A stretch of DNA of 48,154 nucleotides, counting the filler, from Trypethelium eluteriae (taxonomy: Eukaryota): the NCBI GenBank assembly GCA_051942245.1. It is 2 parts of 2 records of this genome, joined end to end, with 100 filler letters (N's around TTAATTAATTAA, not from the genome) between each part and the next. Parts side by side here need not be neighbours in the genome. Positions count along the whole stretch, not along the records: positions 1 to 24,070 come from JAVECL010000408.1; 1 more part is not named here. One strand, given 5' to 3'. Positions 1 through 10,874 of this stretch are shown here, in pieces; the stretch's first letter is position 1; each line of letters begins with the position of its first letter. The notes beneath the pieces are model-generated. The model was given only the letters and a program-made list of their open reading frames with translations, had not been told where the DNA came from and ran no database searches. A program made the translations under genes and the position numbers.

Positions 1-1
1 G

Positions 2-154
2 CGTAGGAGGGAGTTGAGGCGGCGGGAAGGGGTTCGGGAAGCTATGGTTGCGGTGGACTATTGCCTGAATCGAGAGGTAAGGGAAGCTCTGGTAGGGTTT
101 GAAGTAAATGCTGTAGAAGGTATTAAAGGCAGAGTTTTCTGCACAAGGAGTTGA
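2..154 (+). CDS. Possible 3' end of a gene entering from the left edge
   Basis: Frame 2 is open from the edge (RRRELRRREGVREAMVAVDYCLNREVREALVGFEV...RS*) and converges on TBCD. No recognisable domain. Confidence 0.25.
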   Translation, partial: RRRELRRREGVREAMVAVDYCLNREVREALVGFEVNAVEGIKGRVFCTRS

Positions 155-393
155 GGTGCTCAAAAGCTGTGGAATGTGACAAAATAATTCAACTCATGAC
201 GGCATGGATTAAGATGCGCACGTGCCACAATTGACTTCATATGTCATAGCAACTGGACCCCACTGAGGGGCATTTTATTCGTTCCTGCATAACTATCCCG
301 CTTTCACTTACACACCTTGGCGGCTTATCTTATAGTTCATCTCATTTTCTACCATCTTGAGAAATTGACATTTTCTCTCTTCATCTCTTCCAA

Positions 394-3300
394 TCATGCT
401 GTCGTTGCGAATGCTTTCAATTGATCATCCTGTGTAACGATGAAAAGCGTCTCGACTACGGCTTCCCGGACCTTCGGAAATGGATGCTTTAGCATACTAC
501 GCAATTTCCTAAGTACATCTTCTCGCGTGGTGTCTATCTCTGCTAGGCCTCTGTAGCAGGTGATGGCGGCTAATATCTTTGGTATGCTTGAGGATTTGTA
601 ATGTGCTTTCTGAACCAAAGAGAGGAGATTGCGCCATCTATAAGATCTCGATTAGCCCGCCACGAGGTTCTAGGGGAACAGGCTGATGCGAGCTCAACTT
701 ACTTGAAGTCCATAATCATTAGCCGCTGGAATATTTCAGCGTCGAAGAGAAACCCAAGAGTATTTAGCATTGGAGCCAGCACTCTCTCATTATCTAAACT
801 TTGCCGCATCACCCCGAGAAAAATATTGCAAATTGTGAGAACCGCGGCCTGACTGGACGGTGAGCTTTCAGACCATTTTCCACTGAGCACATCCACCAGT
901 GCAGCTCTAGCGTTTTGGACGATGGTCTCGGAGGCACCGCCACCTGCCGATGTAACGAAGCCCTCAAAGACTGCTGCAGCGATCTTTTGAGATGGACCCC
1001 AGAAAGAGCTTTGAAGCACTTCGTGAAAGTGATGATAAGAAGATACAGATTGTAAACGCAAAGAAAGCGAAGACTGGCCCAGAACCGCTGTGAAGACATG
1101 ACTTGCCTTCAATCGCACTTTGTCTAGCTTTTCCACAGATAGTCGGCGAGATGCAGCACAAATAGATTCGTAAACCTTCTCATAGTCAGGTTGTGATCCC
1201 AAATCTTGAGGTAATTTTTCCAGAGTTTCTAGCGCTTGCATTCGGACAAGTGAACCAACGTCCCCTCTCTCGTTGATGGTATAATCGTCGAGACCAAGAA
1301 GAATCGCTTGAATAATATTTTGTCCTAATTCACCTCGAGGGAGACCACGCGTCGGCTCTGCGGTTCGCCATGCCCCCTTGGATCTCCGACCCTTCCCCAT
1401 TAGAACCCACCCTAAGCTTCGCAGAGCTATAACTCGTGCTTCCACTTCGACACGATCGCCGCATCTTCTGTAAAGCATGTCGACAATGCTTTTTTGTACT
1501 GCTTCATTTCCGTCAATGTGAGAAAACACTGCCCCCAGAGCAAGCACATATCCACTTTGATTCAAAGTTATCCTCGAATTCCCTTTTTGCTCTTGAGCGA
1601 GCCACGATTCTGTTGATTTTAAACGGCCGTCTCCAGGGAGCATTAGGATAAGTGCTCGAGCCATGTGCGGGGTCACGGCGAGAGAAGCCTCATCAGACCG
1701 GTTGAGACAAAGCGGAACAAGCTGCAGTGCCTGATTGACGCCCGGGGTTGGTTGAACGTCGAGACCAAGGGCTGCTGTTGCTCGAGCCAGAGATGTGATT
1801 AATGTCGTAACCGCAACAGTGGTAAGTTCTGGTCGAAGAGCGTGAGACGTGAAGTCACGGTCTGAAAGACGTATGACACCAGTATGAGAGAAGATGGCCC
1901 ATGTTTTCTGCAATAGCTTAGTAATTTGTTGATCAAAGACTCAAAATGTTGGCTTAGCATACCAGTGTCAAAGATAGTAGGTCGCGGTATCGGGTCCTCA
2001 TAGGATCCTGTTCATCTTGGACAGAAGACTGAGAGATATTGAGTGTCAGTCGAATTGAGTAAATTACAAAAAATTGGACATGGGACTTGCAAATGGTATA
2101 TTCACCTGCTCAAGGTAGCGTTCGCAAGTAGCATCTACAAGAGCTGCTAGACTTAAGAGCAGGCCATGTCGTCGCTCCAAATCCCTGGGCTTAATAGCTT
2201 TGAGGTTAAGTGTCACAGCTTCGAATAGCCCGGTACTGTAAATACTGCTTAGGCATCCAATCGCTCTTGCAGCATGCGATCGGACCATCGTATCTCCTGA
2301 CCCAACTCCTCTCCACCTCAAAAGGTGATGAAATAGAGGTATGAGGTAAACGGATGGCTTTCCTAAGGCAGCTGCAGCAGAGCCAACCTCTACCATGGCC
2401 CGCTCTCTTAGTCCGACAGCATGGTAGTCGACGATTTGGACAAGTGAGATCCCCTCGTGAACAGTGTCTGGATGACGTCCAACTAATTCCTGTAATGCAG
2501 CTGAAGATCCCCGTCGTATATTGCCCGTGGGATCAAGACAAGCTGATGCGAGAAGTTCAGCTGCTAAGACCTGCTGAATGCAAGGCCTTTCGTTGAATCC
2601 ATGCATTGAATCTTGCAACAGAACTTCATCTCCCGAGCTCTCGCAAATACTGGCCGCATCGACCAGGGCCAGTTCGCCAGGGGTGTATCGTCTTGAAAGT
2701 GACCAGATACCAAAGTTTGCGGCGTCGCGGACATTTGCACCAACAGCGACGCCAGTCGAAGAGCGCTGCTCAAAATTCAATGCTCTAAGAAGCGTCCTCA
2801 AAATCTTGGGTAGCTGATCAATTGGAGGTGCTCGGCGAAATAGCAGCTGTGCTAGTGTTAGTGTTAGCCCATGCCATTGGGACGAATCGACCTGTGAAAG
2901 ATCTGCTTGAGCCGACTCTCCTGTCTGAAAGACATTGACATCAAAAGAATCCAGTATTGCCTGAATGACTTCTTCGACCATCTCCAGAGGTAGTTTCATC
3001 GTGATGATGCTTAGAGCTTTGCTAGCAGTTATCCGAATAGGGGTCTCCTTATCACCAAGCGACTCGAGCAGTGTCCCGATTGCTTCTTCCACTATAGCAG
3101 AACTGTCCAATGCGATCTCAACTTCTGGTGATAGGCATACAAGGGCAATGTTCCGCAGTAGCTTTGTCCAAGCGCGCTTCGCTGTGGACGATGACATGAC
3201 TGAAAAATCCCGCTTGAGAGAGCCATCCAACTGTTGCTGGCAGAATTCGTAGACCTGGGGCACGAAAGTGTAGACATCTCTAGCACTTGTAGACATAAGA

Positions 3301-4079
3301 TAACCGAGGTAAGTTAGGAGGCCCATTCTCCTCTGCGCGCTGCTATGAAGGGAATGTGTGGACACTTCCTTGCTCGAATCATGATTCAACGCCAGTAGTG
3401 CCCATCGAACCAGACTGTTTGGAAGTTGAAGATCCTTCATGTCAGCTCGAACGCAGAGCCGTGCCAAAAGTTTTGCTGCTGCTTTCATTTCCCGAGAACT
3501 TGAAGAAAGATTTTTAAGAGCCAGCCGCAAGATGCGAACTGCTATTGGGGACATTTTTTGCGATAATGCGAGCTCCTGGTAATCGAGATCTGCTGCGGAA
3601 TTCGTTGATATCGATTGTAGATCAAAAGGTGCCAAACTTAGATGTGACAGCCACAACAAAAGAACGTATCTTTCCTCCCACGACAACAAACCCTGGTCAC
3701 GCTGCTCAAAGTAAGAGACAAAAGGCTCCAAGTAATGGGCCTCATTATAAAAGTATCCAATGATTGGAGACTCGCCTCGAATTTTACAAAGAGTATAGAG
3801 GATCTTTGACAGAGCCGCGGCAGCTGTAATAGAATCGCCTTGGCTTACAATTGAATTCTCGACTTGCTTAACATAGGCCGTAACGATGACTGGAAGAAGA
3901 TCTCGCAGATATATGTCAAGTAATTGAGGGTCTCCTTGAAATGGTTCTAACTGACCTAGAATGGAATTGAGACGTGTAGAGGATGGTTTCCTCACAAGCT
4001 TCGGGAGCTGTCGCAGAATTTTTGCTATAATTGCTGAAGATGCCCGTTGGAGGTGTACATCATCATCGTCGTCTACCAT
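394..4079 (-). CDS. TBCD: Tubulin-specific chaperone D (tubulin folding cofactor D), 4 exons
   Basis: HEAT-repeat protein with TBCD motifs (LEPFQGDPQLLD, WEERYVLLLWLSHL, WHGLTLTLA, NVRDAANFGIW, GNIRRGSSAALQELVGRH, DYTINERGDVGSLVR). In-frame spliced model: exons 4079-2106, 2028-1963, 1907-703, 637-394, all GT-AG. Confidence 0.95.
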
Positions 4080-4179
4080 GGTGAAGACGACTTGATTGCA
4101 AAGGTATGCAATCTTTGGATCATGGACATGGACATGTGTAAATGAAGCCAGCGAAGGCGTCGGCAAAGTTGCCCAGGGT

Positions 4180-4216
4180 CTCGCGCTGTGACGCGCTCCA
4201 CGCGCTCTCGCGTTTT
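4180..4216. promoter_or_regulatory. Cluster of four CGCG cores (MCB-like, candidate MBF sites) in the TBCD/POL32 bidirectional promoter
   Basis: CGCG at 4182, 4192, 4201 and 4209, including ACGCG twice on + and AAAACGCGA on -, about 110-135 bp upstream of a DNA replication gene. Confidence 0.55.
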
Positions 4217-4316
4217 CCGCAGCCCACCAGAAGCCACTGATAGAAAGTTTCGAACGAGTTTCATTTCCTCAATTTCAATCGACCACGGGACTTCTTTCTG
4301 CGCCTTTTACAGCAAA

Positions 4317-5855
4317 ATGGACAAGTTCACGGACTATCTCGCAGTCAATGTATTCAACGAACAACGAGTTGTAAGCTATCGCGCCTTAAGTCGAGCTCTG
4401 AAAGTCCATAGCAATCTCGCCAAACAGTGAGGCAACACCCCTCTGTTCCAAAAGATAATTCGACTAACTCTATCTTGTGAGGATGCTCTACGACTTTCAT
4501 CAGAAACAAAATGCCAGGAAAGCTAGCTCCGTTCATGCAACATACCTCATTACCGGAACTCGAAACCCGCAACAGCCAGCTCAGACCAACGGCGTGCACT
4601 CACAAGATGAGGATAGCCTCATGCAAAGTGACACATTCATGAGTAGTTCTGCTCCTGAGCCAGATGCAGGTACTGGGGAGGAAAGCATCCCAGTGAAGTC
4701 AATTATGCTGGCCAAGGAAGAAGACCTAGAAGGTACGTTTGTCTTTTCTCCTTGGACTTTATGCAGCAAGGGCTAACAGAAGCACTAGAAGTGAAGAATC
4801 AGTTCGAGAATATCACCTCAATCCATATATATAGTCTTGAACCAGGAACGATCAATGACCTACAAATTTTAACCGACTGCAATCGCGAGATTTCCACCAA
4901 GTATGCAGATGAAGACCCTCTACAGACCTGGAGACAATACGGAACGATTCAGAATGCAAATGTGAAGCGGCGGTCGATGCGGAGACCACCACCGGCTGCA
5001 GCACCTATCGTCCCTGTAGCGGCTCCAAAGGATACAATTGAGGCAGCTGAGCAACGTACCGCAAAGAGACCGCCAAGCCCACGTATGAAAGATATTGGTC
5101 CCAAAAAGAAGGATGAAGGTAAAGAAAAGTCTCCAGAGACCGTCGCTCCGCCCAAACCGGGTCCCATAGTATCCTCCAAGCCTGAAACGACCAGAAAGTT
5201 CGTCCCACCAAAGAAAGAAACATCTGACCTCTTTAAATCCTTCGCCAAAGCCAAACCCAAAAAACAGGCCAGCGCGTCCTCAGCACCTCAAACACCCTTG
5301 ACGGAAGATGAACCAATGGCCGAAGCAGAGGAAGAGGAACAAGAAGAGGATTTCCGGATCAAGATAAGTACTAAGGAGGAGCGAGAGGCCAAGGCCAAGG
5401 CGAAGAAGGACCGAGAAGAGCAATTGCGAAAGATGATGGAGGATGAAGATGAGGAGATGGCTGATGCACCTCCAGCCGAAACAACAGCGCAAGAGGATGA
5501 AGTAGAAGAATCAGAGCCGATCGATAGACCGGTCTCGCGAGACAGCGCCGCGGATAAAGAAGCTACGGTGACGGTGAGCGGTGGTAGACGAAGAGGAAGA
5601 CGAAGGGTGATGAAGAAAAAGCAAATGAAGGATGAAGATGGATACCTTGGTATGTACTCCTATGGGGTTTGCGATGGACCTTTAGAACTAACGATCATGA
5701 CAGTGACAAAAGAAGAGCCGGCCTGGGAGTCGTTCTCGGAGGACGAGCCAGAGGTGAAGAAAGCCAAGCCACTTGCCGTCAATAGTAGCGCGGCAAAGGG
5801 CAAGAAGGGGAAGGCTGGACAGGGGAATATTATGAACTTTTTTGCGAAGAAATAA
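4317..5855 (+). CDS. POL32: DNA polymerase delta subunit 3 (Pol32/Cdc27), 4 exons
   Basis: N-terminal winged helix VSYRALSRALKVHSNLAKQMLYDF, low-complexity middle, GRRRGRRRVMKKK...DEDGYLVT.EE.AWESFSEDE, C-terminal PIP box QGNIMNFF. Introns 4427-4481, 4733-4788, 5650-5703. Confidence 0.95.
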
Positions 5856-6245
5856 TTGGAAGGCATATTGATTATACGAACAATATTTACTGAAGCCAGT
5901 ATGACTACTGCACAATGGGAGGTGGGAACGCTAAATACTGAACAGTGGATATATCTTCATATCGCGTTAGAAAACGTTCAGCATCCTCGATTAGCATCAA
6001 GCTCTTCTGCCGAATTGTTGAACTCCGCAGCTCCTAGAGGCCCCTCAACGAATCGAGGACCGTGGATGTGTGTCAACAAGACTGTCGTCCAAGAACCAAC
6101 AGCGATTCTGTCCAATCATCTCACTTCAGCTATGTACAATCCGAGAGATCCCCAGCAATATTCACGTTCCTAGTCGCTGCCTCAGGTAGCTCTGGAGCTC
6201 GAGCATGGTCCTACTCATTCTGCGCTTCCTCCCGACAATCCCAAT

Positions 6246-7083
6246 CTATTGATGCCGATCTACATCCCAGAACAGCGGCCCCAACCTGTGTAGATCTAGT
6301 GCCCTACATAGGTCATACAGAATCTCCGACTTCATCAGGAACGCCATGAACTTGCTCGGATCCTGCATCTCGCAGTACATCTCCGGCCTTGGAGCCGTCA
6401 GCGCGCGTACCATCTCGAGGGCGGTATTGACGGTCGCCCGATCCAACTGTTCCCAACACCAATCCAGCTCCCAGAGCCGCAGCCGCGACATAGTGAGGGT
6501 CCACCCCAGGTGCGCTGCGAAACGCTGGTTTAGCGGACTGCAGTCAGTCGGCAGGTCGTACTGACCGATACGAAGGGGGCGTACCGTCCTGGGACGGCCG
6601 TCTCATCCAGCGCGCGACACTGAGCAGCTCTTTGAGGTGAAAGCCGGGGAAGCGCGGCGAGCTGATGCAGTCAACTGCTCCGTGACAGCAGACGAAGGCC
6701 TTGAGGCGGCTGCAGAGCTGCAGGTGCAGGAAGGCGCGCTGGACCCGGTGCAGCTCGGTTGCCGAGAGGACGCTGCTGTCCGTCGGTGAGGCGTGTCGGG
6801 TGGCTTTGCAGCGCTCGAGGGTGGTTAGTCCGTAGGTCAGGGCGTGAGTGCGGGCGACGGAGAGGATTTCGAAGACTTCGAAGAGGAGCTAGGCGGGGAC
6901 GGCACCTGTTCCGTGCAGGACGGGGTGGTCGTTGTGGACGTAGGTGTCTAGGAAGTTTTTGACGCCGTCCTGCTTTGGACGGAGAGCTTTTCGCGTCCTT
7001 GAAGCTGAGACTGCAGGGGCGAGACGCCGAATCCTATGTGGATAGCCGCGTATTGCCCTTTCGAACATGTTCCGCGACAACAT
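6246..7083 (-). pseudogene. Degenerate gene of an uncharacterised fungal family (often F-box-associated)
   Basis: Reading through the TAG at 6891-6889 gives LLFEVFEILSVAR...LSATELHRVQRAFLHLQLCSRL, resembling the recalled 'LSxTExxRIQRALYRFELYCRLF' motif. After a frame change near 6540-6600 comes ...LHRLGPLFWDVDR, resembling the recalled 'LRRWGYVFWD..R' end. GC-rich coding-like codons throughout. Confidence 0.6.
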
Positions 7084-7659
7084 CTCGGCAACTGAGGTCC
7101 AAAGTCAAAGTTTAGACGTCAAAAGCTCAGGCAAAAATGTGGGAAAATCTCAGAACTGTTGGTGGTGGGGACGGAAACTTCCTGATATTTGAAGGCACAA
7201 CAGAGCGTAGACGATAACAAAACGCGATGCTCCATGAATTCTGACAGATGAGACTGTTGTATGGGGCAATTACGTTCACGATGTCTTGATTCTCGTACGG
7301 AGACGGCTTTGAGTCATCCTGTAGCGGCCTTCGCCCAGCGACGAAAACTACGATACATTTATCAAAAATCCTGATGCTTTGCGCGACGACCAAGCAAGTG
7401 GTGGCAGATTTGTGCTCATCAAGCGTGTCTGCGCAGCTTTTGGTCATTGAAAGATATGGTTTGGTGTCCGCTCCGCTTCCGCCGGCTAGAGCAGATTATC
7501 GTACTCTATCTATCGTATTATCCTGGAATTTAAGGCACTACGAGTATGTCAGCATGGTTGCCTAGCTGTGTACGTACCAAATACACATCCCACATATCGC
7601 TGTTCTTTTAGTCAAAGGTTTTCAATCTCTCAACCTCCCTACGTCGTAGAGAACTTGCT

Positions 7660-9674
7660 ATGTCGCTTACTGATGAAGTCGTCAGTCCGACACGTGAAAT
7701 TGCGGTTGATGGGTCTTGCAAGACCTGCAGAAGCAAATATCCTGGATCGCGATGGGACGGACCTCCTGGGCTGCGGCCTACAGATCTAATCCGTTCAGCG
7801 GACCAGGGTTGTCCCACTTGCAAAATACTCCTTGAAGGCATCCGTCGTTTGGATGAGGAATGGGAACACGCGGATATAAATAGTGAAGGCATGGTACATA
7901 TTCCAAATTTTGACGTGTATGAGGGGAAGGAACATGGACAGGAGAGCATTGTGGTCATGTTAACCATACATCGTCCCGAACCGAGAGGATTCTACGAGAA
8001 AGTCCGCAGAACATGGCTCGAATTCTTCACGCTGCCCGGTAAGTAGCTCACCGATTATAAATTGCCAGACCTTCAACTAAAGTCCCTTCTAAAGATCATC
8101 CTTCGTCTCTTAGTAGATTCGGTCCGGCAAAGTTAATTCCAGACACGACATTGTCGCAGCAATTTGTAGACCAGGCAAAGCAATGGTTGCAAGAGTGCGA
8201 TTCACGACACTCTGAATGCAACATAAGCACAGATAGTCCCTTACCGACAAGAATAATCGATGTGGGACTCGAGCATGAGTATCCATATGCTGTACTGCAA
8301 GATGGCAAAGGCATGGCCGGAAAATACGCCTGCCTGAGCTACTGCTGGGGTAAGTCTAGACCTTTCGTAACCACGACTTCAAATCGAGCCCAGAGATCAT
8401 ACGGATTTGCGATCGACGAATTACCTGCTACGCTTCGGGACGCTGTACACTTCACACGCAAATTAGGCCTTCGATACCTCTGGGTCGATGCGGTCTGTAT
8501 CCTTCAGGATGACAGGGGTGATTGGGAGCGTGAATGTGCAAATATGAGCCGTGTCTATGGTCAGTCATATGTTACTCTTTGCGCTTCGCATGCGGCGGAT
8601 ATCAACGAAGGGTTATCAATGAAACTCAATGAAGCAAAAGACGGGCCATGTCTACTTCAAGAAACACATGATGAAGGGGGGCCATCAATTTGGGTCCGCA
8701 GAGAATTGTCCCACCATCAATTCATAACCCTCAACGATGCTGCCCCAGGAACCTGGGCTGAAGATAGGTACCCATTAGTGGAACGGGCCTGGGCTCTTCA
8801 AGAACATCTCTTGTCCCCACGTGTTATCCAATTTGCCACACATGAGCTTGTGTGGGAGTGTTGGGAGCACTCTTCATGCTGCTGTGGAAGGCTTAATCAC
8901 TCAAAGCTCGCCAGAAGCTTCCTGCTAAGACCAACGTCCAACCAAGAGGGCTTCGATGAGTTAACCAAGACCTGGAGAAATGTCTTGCATGCATACTCAT
9001 CTGGGGCGACGACGGATCCTGGAGATAAACTTCCTGCGTTATCAGGTTTGGCTCATTCATTGGAAGATCGGATGGGCAGTCGATACCTAGCAGGACTATG
9101 GGATCGCAATCTTGTTAATGAGCTATTGTGGTATAAACCCCCGTCTGCCATGAAAAGAAGTCCATATCCAACCGAGAACTACCGCGCACCTTCTTGGTCA
9201 TGGGCTTCTGTCGATGGCCACATCTTCCACAGTGGAGGTGACCCTGTCACCCAGGAAACGCAAATAGCCGAAATCCATGAAGCTCAAACTGTTTTACGAG
9301 GATCTGATCCTATGGGGGCTGTAAGCGGTGGTCTTATCAAGATGAAAACACTCATGACTGAAGTTCAATACGAATATGTGAACCCAGAGTTGGAGCACCG
9401 CTACACAACCTACGTTTGTAAGAAACATGATCTATCTGCACCCTTTTATCCGAACTGGGCCTTCAACCTCCCAGGCTCTCACCATATTCCTAGCGGCACA
9501 AGCTTGCCTTGCATCATCCTGGGCTACACGAACCACACAATGGCGATTGTTCTCCAGAAAGTTGGCTCTGCAGATCATACGTTTGAGCGCGTTGGGTCAT
9601 TCTTTGTCAATGAGCCTGAGAAGAGTAAAGCTTGGTTTGAAGATGGTAGAATGACTGAACTTACTATCGTTTAG
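7660..9674 (+). CDS. HET-domain (heterokaryon incompatibility) protein, 2 exons
   Basis: LPTRIIDV, YACLSYCWG, LPATLRDAVHFTRKLGLRYLWVDAVCILQDD..DW.RE...M..VY, RAWALQEHLLSPR, DKLPALSGLA, YLAGLW, RAPSWSWAS. N-terminal CxxC...CxxC. Intron 8039-8094 joins the two ORFs in frame. Confidence 0.95.
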
Positions 9675-10874
9675 TCGCAAAATCGTGGATATGTCGAGAC
9701 ATTCCACCGTTGACGAGGCCAAACTGTTGAGGTACAGACGCGTTGGTCAGGACCAAAGGCGCTCCGAAGGCTTTTCGGACGTATGCTTCTCCAGCGAATG
9801 TCGTCTTAAAAATCCCTTCCTTCTAGGAACAATGTCCTTGAACCGGTCCTCTTCTGAATTGTGCTGTCCGGATAGGTTGTAATCCCATATGAGGAAAGAC
9901 TGTCCTGTTCCACTGGTTAACCCCAGAAATGAGCCATTCCGGTACCCTGTATGTTTTCCAGAAGTCGGGGAAATGTTCAAAGATGCCTGCAGATGAAATG
10001 CCACTTCAAAGAGCTCGTTGTAATTTGAGCAAGCCTAAGAAACCACATTTCGAGGCCTGATTTTTCCCAACACTGCTCCACCCCCGCTTGCATATCTACA
10101 GGGCGCTGTCTGGTCTGAGAAGTAGGTCACTCGCACACTTCAATAAGAAACTCGAGGTTCAGAAATGCGATTCAAGTCAAGGCAAGTAGAGCATAAGCAA
10201 GTCCCTCGCATGAAGAATTATTTCCGAGTACAGTGTTCTGGAGAAGGGCCAGAGAGTGTCTTGATCGCAGAAGCGGGTACCGGATAAGCGTATCTCAGAC
10301 GGTTGAATGAGATGGCAGAGCCTCCTGCTAACGCAATAAGGACCCATGCCCAGCCAGAGATGCTATCATTATCAGGCTAGTGGCTGCAACTTTAGTAACA
10401 GTACTTTGGGCCTATCATGAGCTCACTAGGGCCAGAACTAAGTACCTATAGTCGTATGCAGCTCTCTAGTGAGGCACAGGGACCACAGCTCGAATGTGCC
10501 TACGGGCTAGTAAGGTTTGAGCGCCTTATACCCATGTATGCGCTTGGAATACGAAGTACGGTAAGGTACACTGTAATTAACACGTTACGTGCACAGTCGT
10601 GACAGTTAACAGTGTACGGAGAACGGAAAACGGATATCCCATCAAGAAACAGTCATTAGATAAAAAAATTTCCTAACCCCAATTCGGACTAGCCGCAAGC
10701 TGTCGGTCCGCTTAGGTACCGGATCCCCGACCGTGACGTCTGCCAAGCCACGCAAGCCATCGAAACACCACCGAGAAGTAGGTATTATTGTTGGAGATCT
10801 CCACGACATGCCTTAGGCTCCATTCTTCTCCCTTGCACTCATCTTTCGGTGTATTCCTGGGGCAAAGGTTCTCC

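Noticed and set aside
601..3763. Many plus-strand ORFs of 60-95 aa
   Set aside because: Antisense shadows of TBCD with no motifs.
4080..4316. N-terminal extensions of TBCD (from 4166) and POL32 (from 4188) in the ORF track
   Set aside because: They begin at non-ATG codons in the shared promoter; conserved sequence begins at ATG 4079 and ATG 4317.
5650..5703. Apparent insertion GMYSYGVCDGPLELTIMT in Pol32
   Set aside because: In-frame 54-nt intron (GTATGT...CTAAC...CAG).
9685..10004. Short ORFs downstream of the HET gene as a partner or antitoxin
   Set aside because: Non-ATG starts, no motifs, no splice support.
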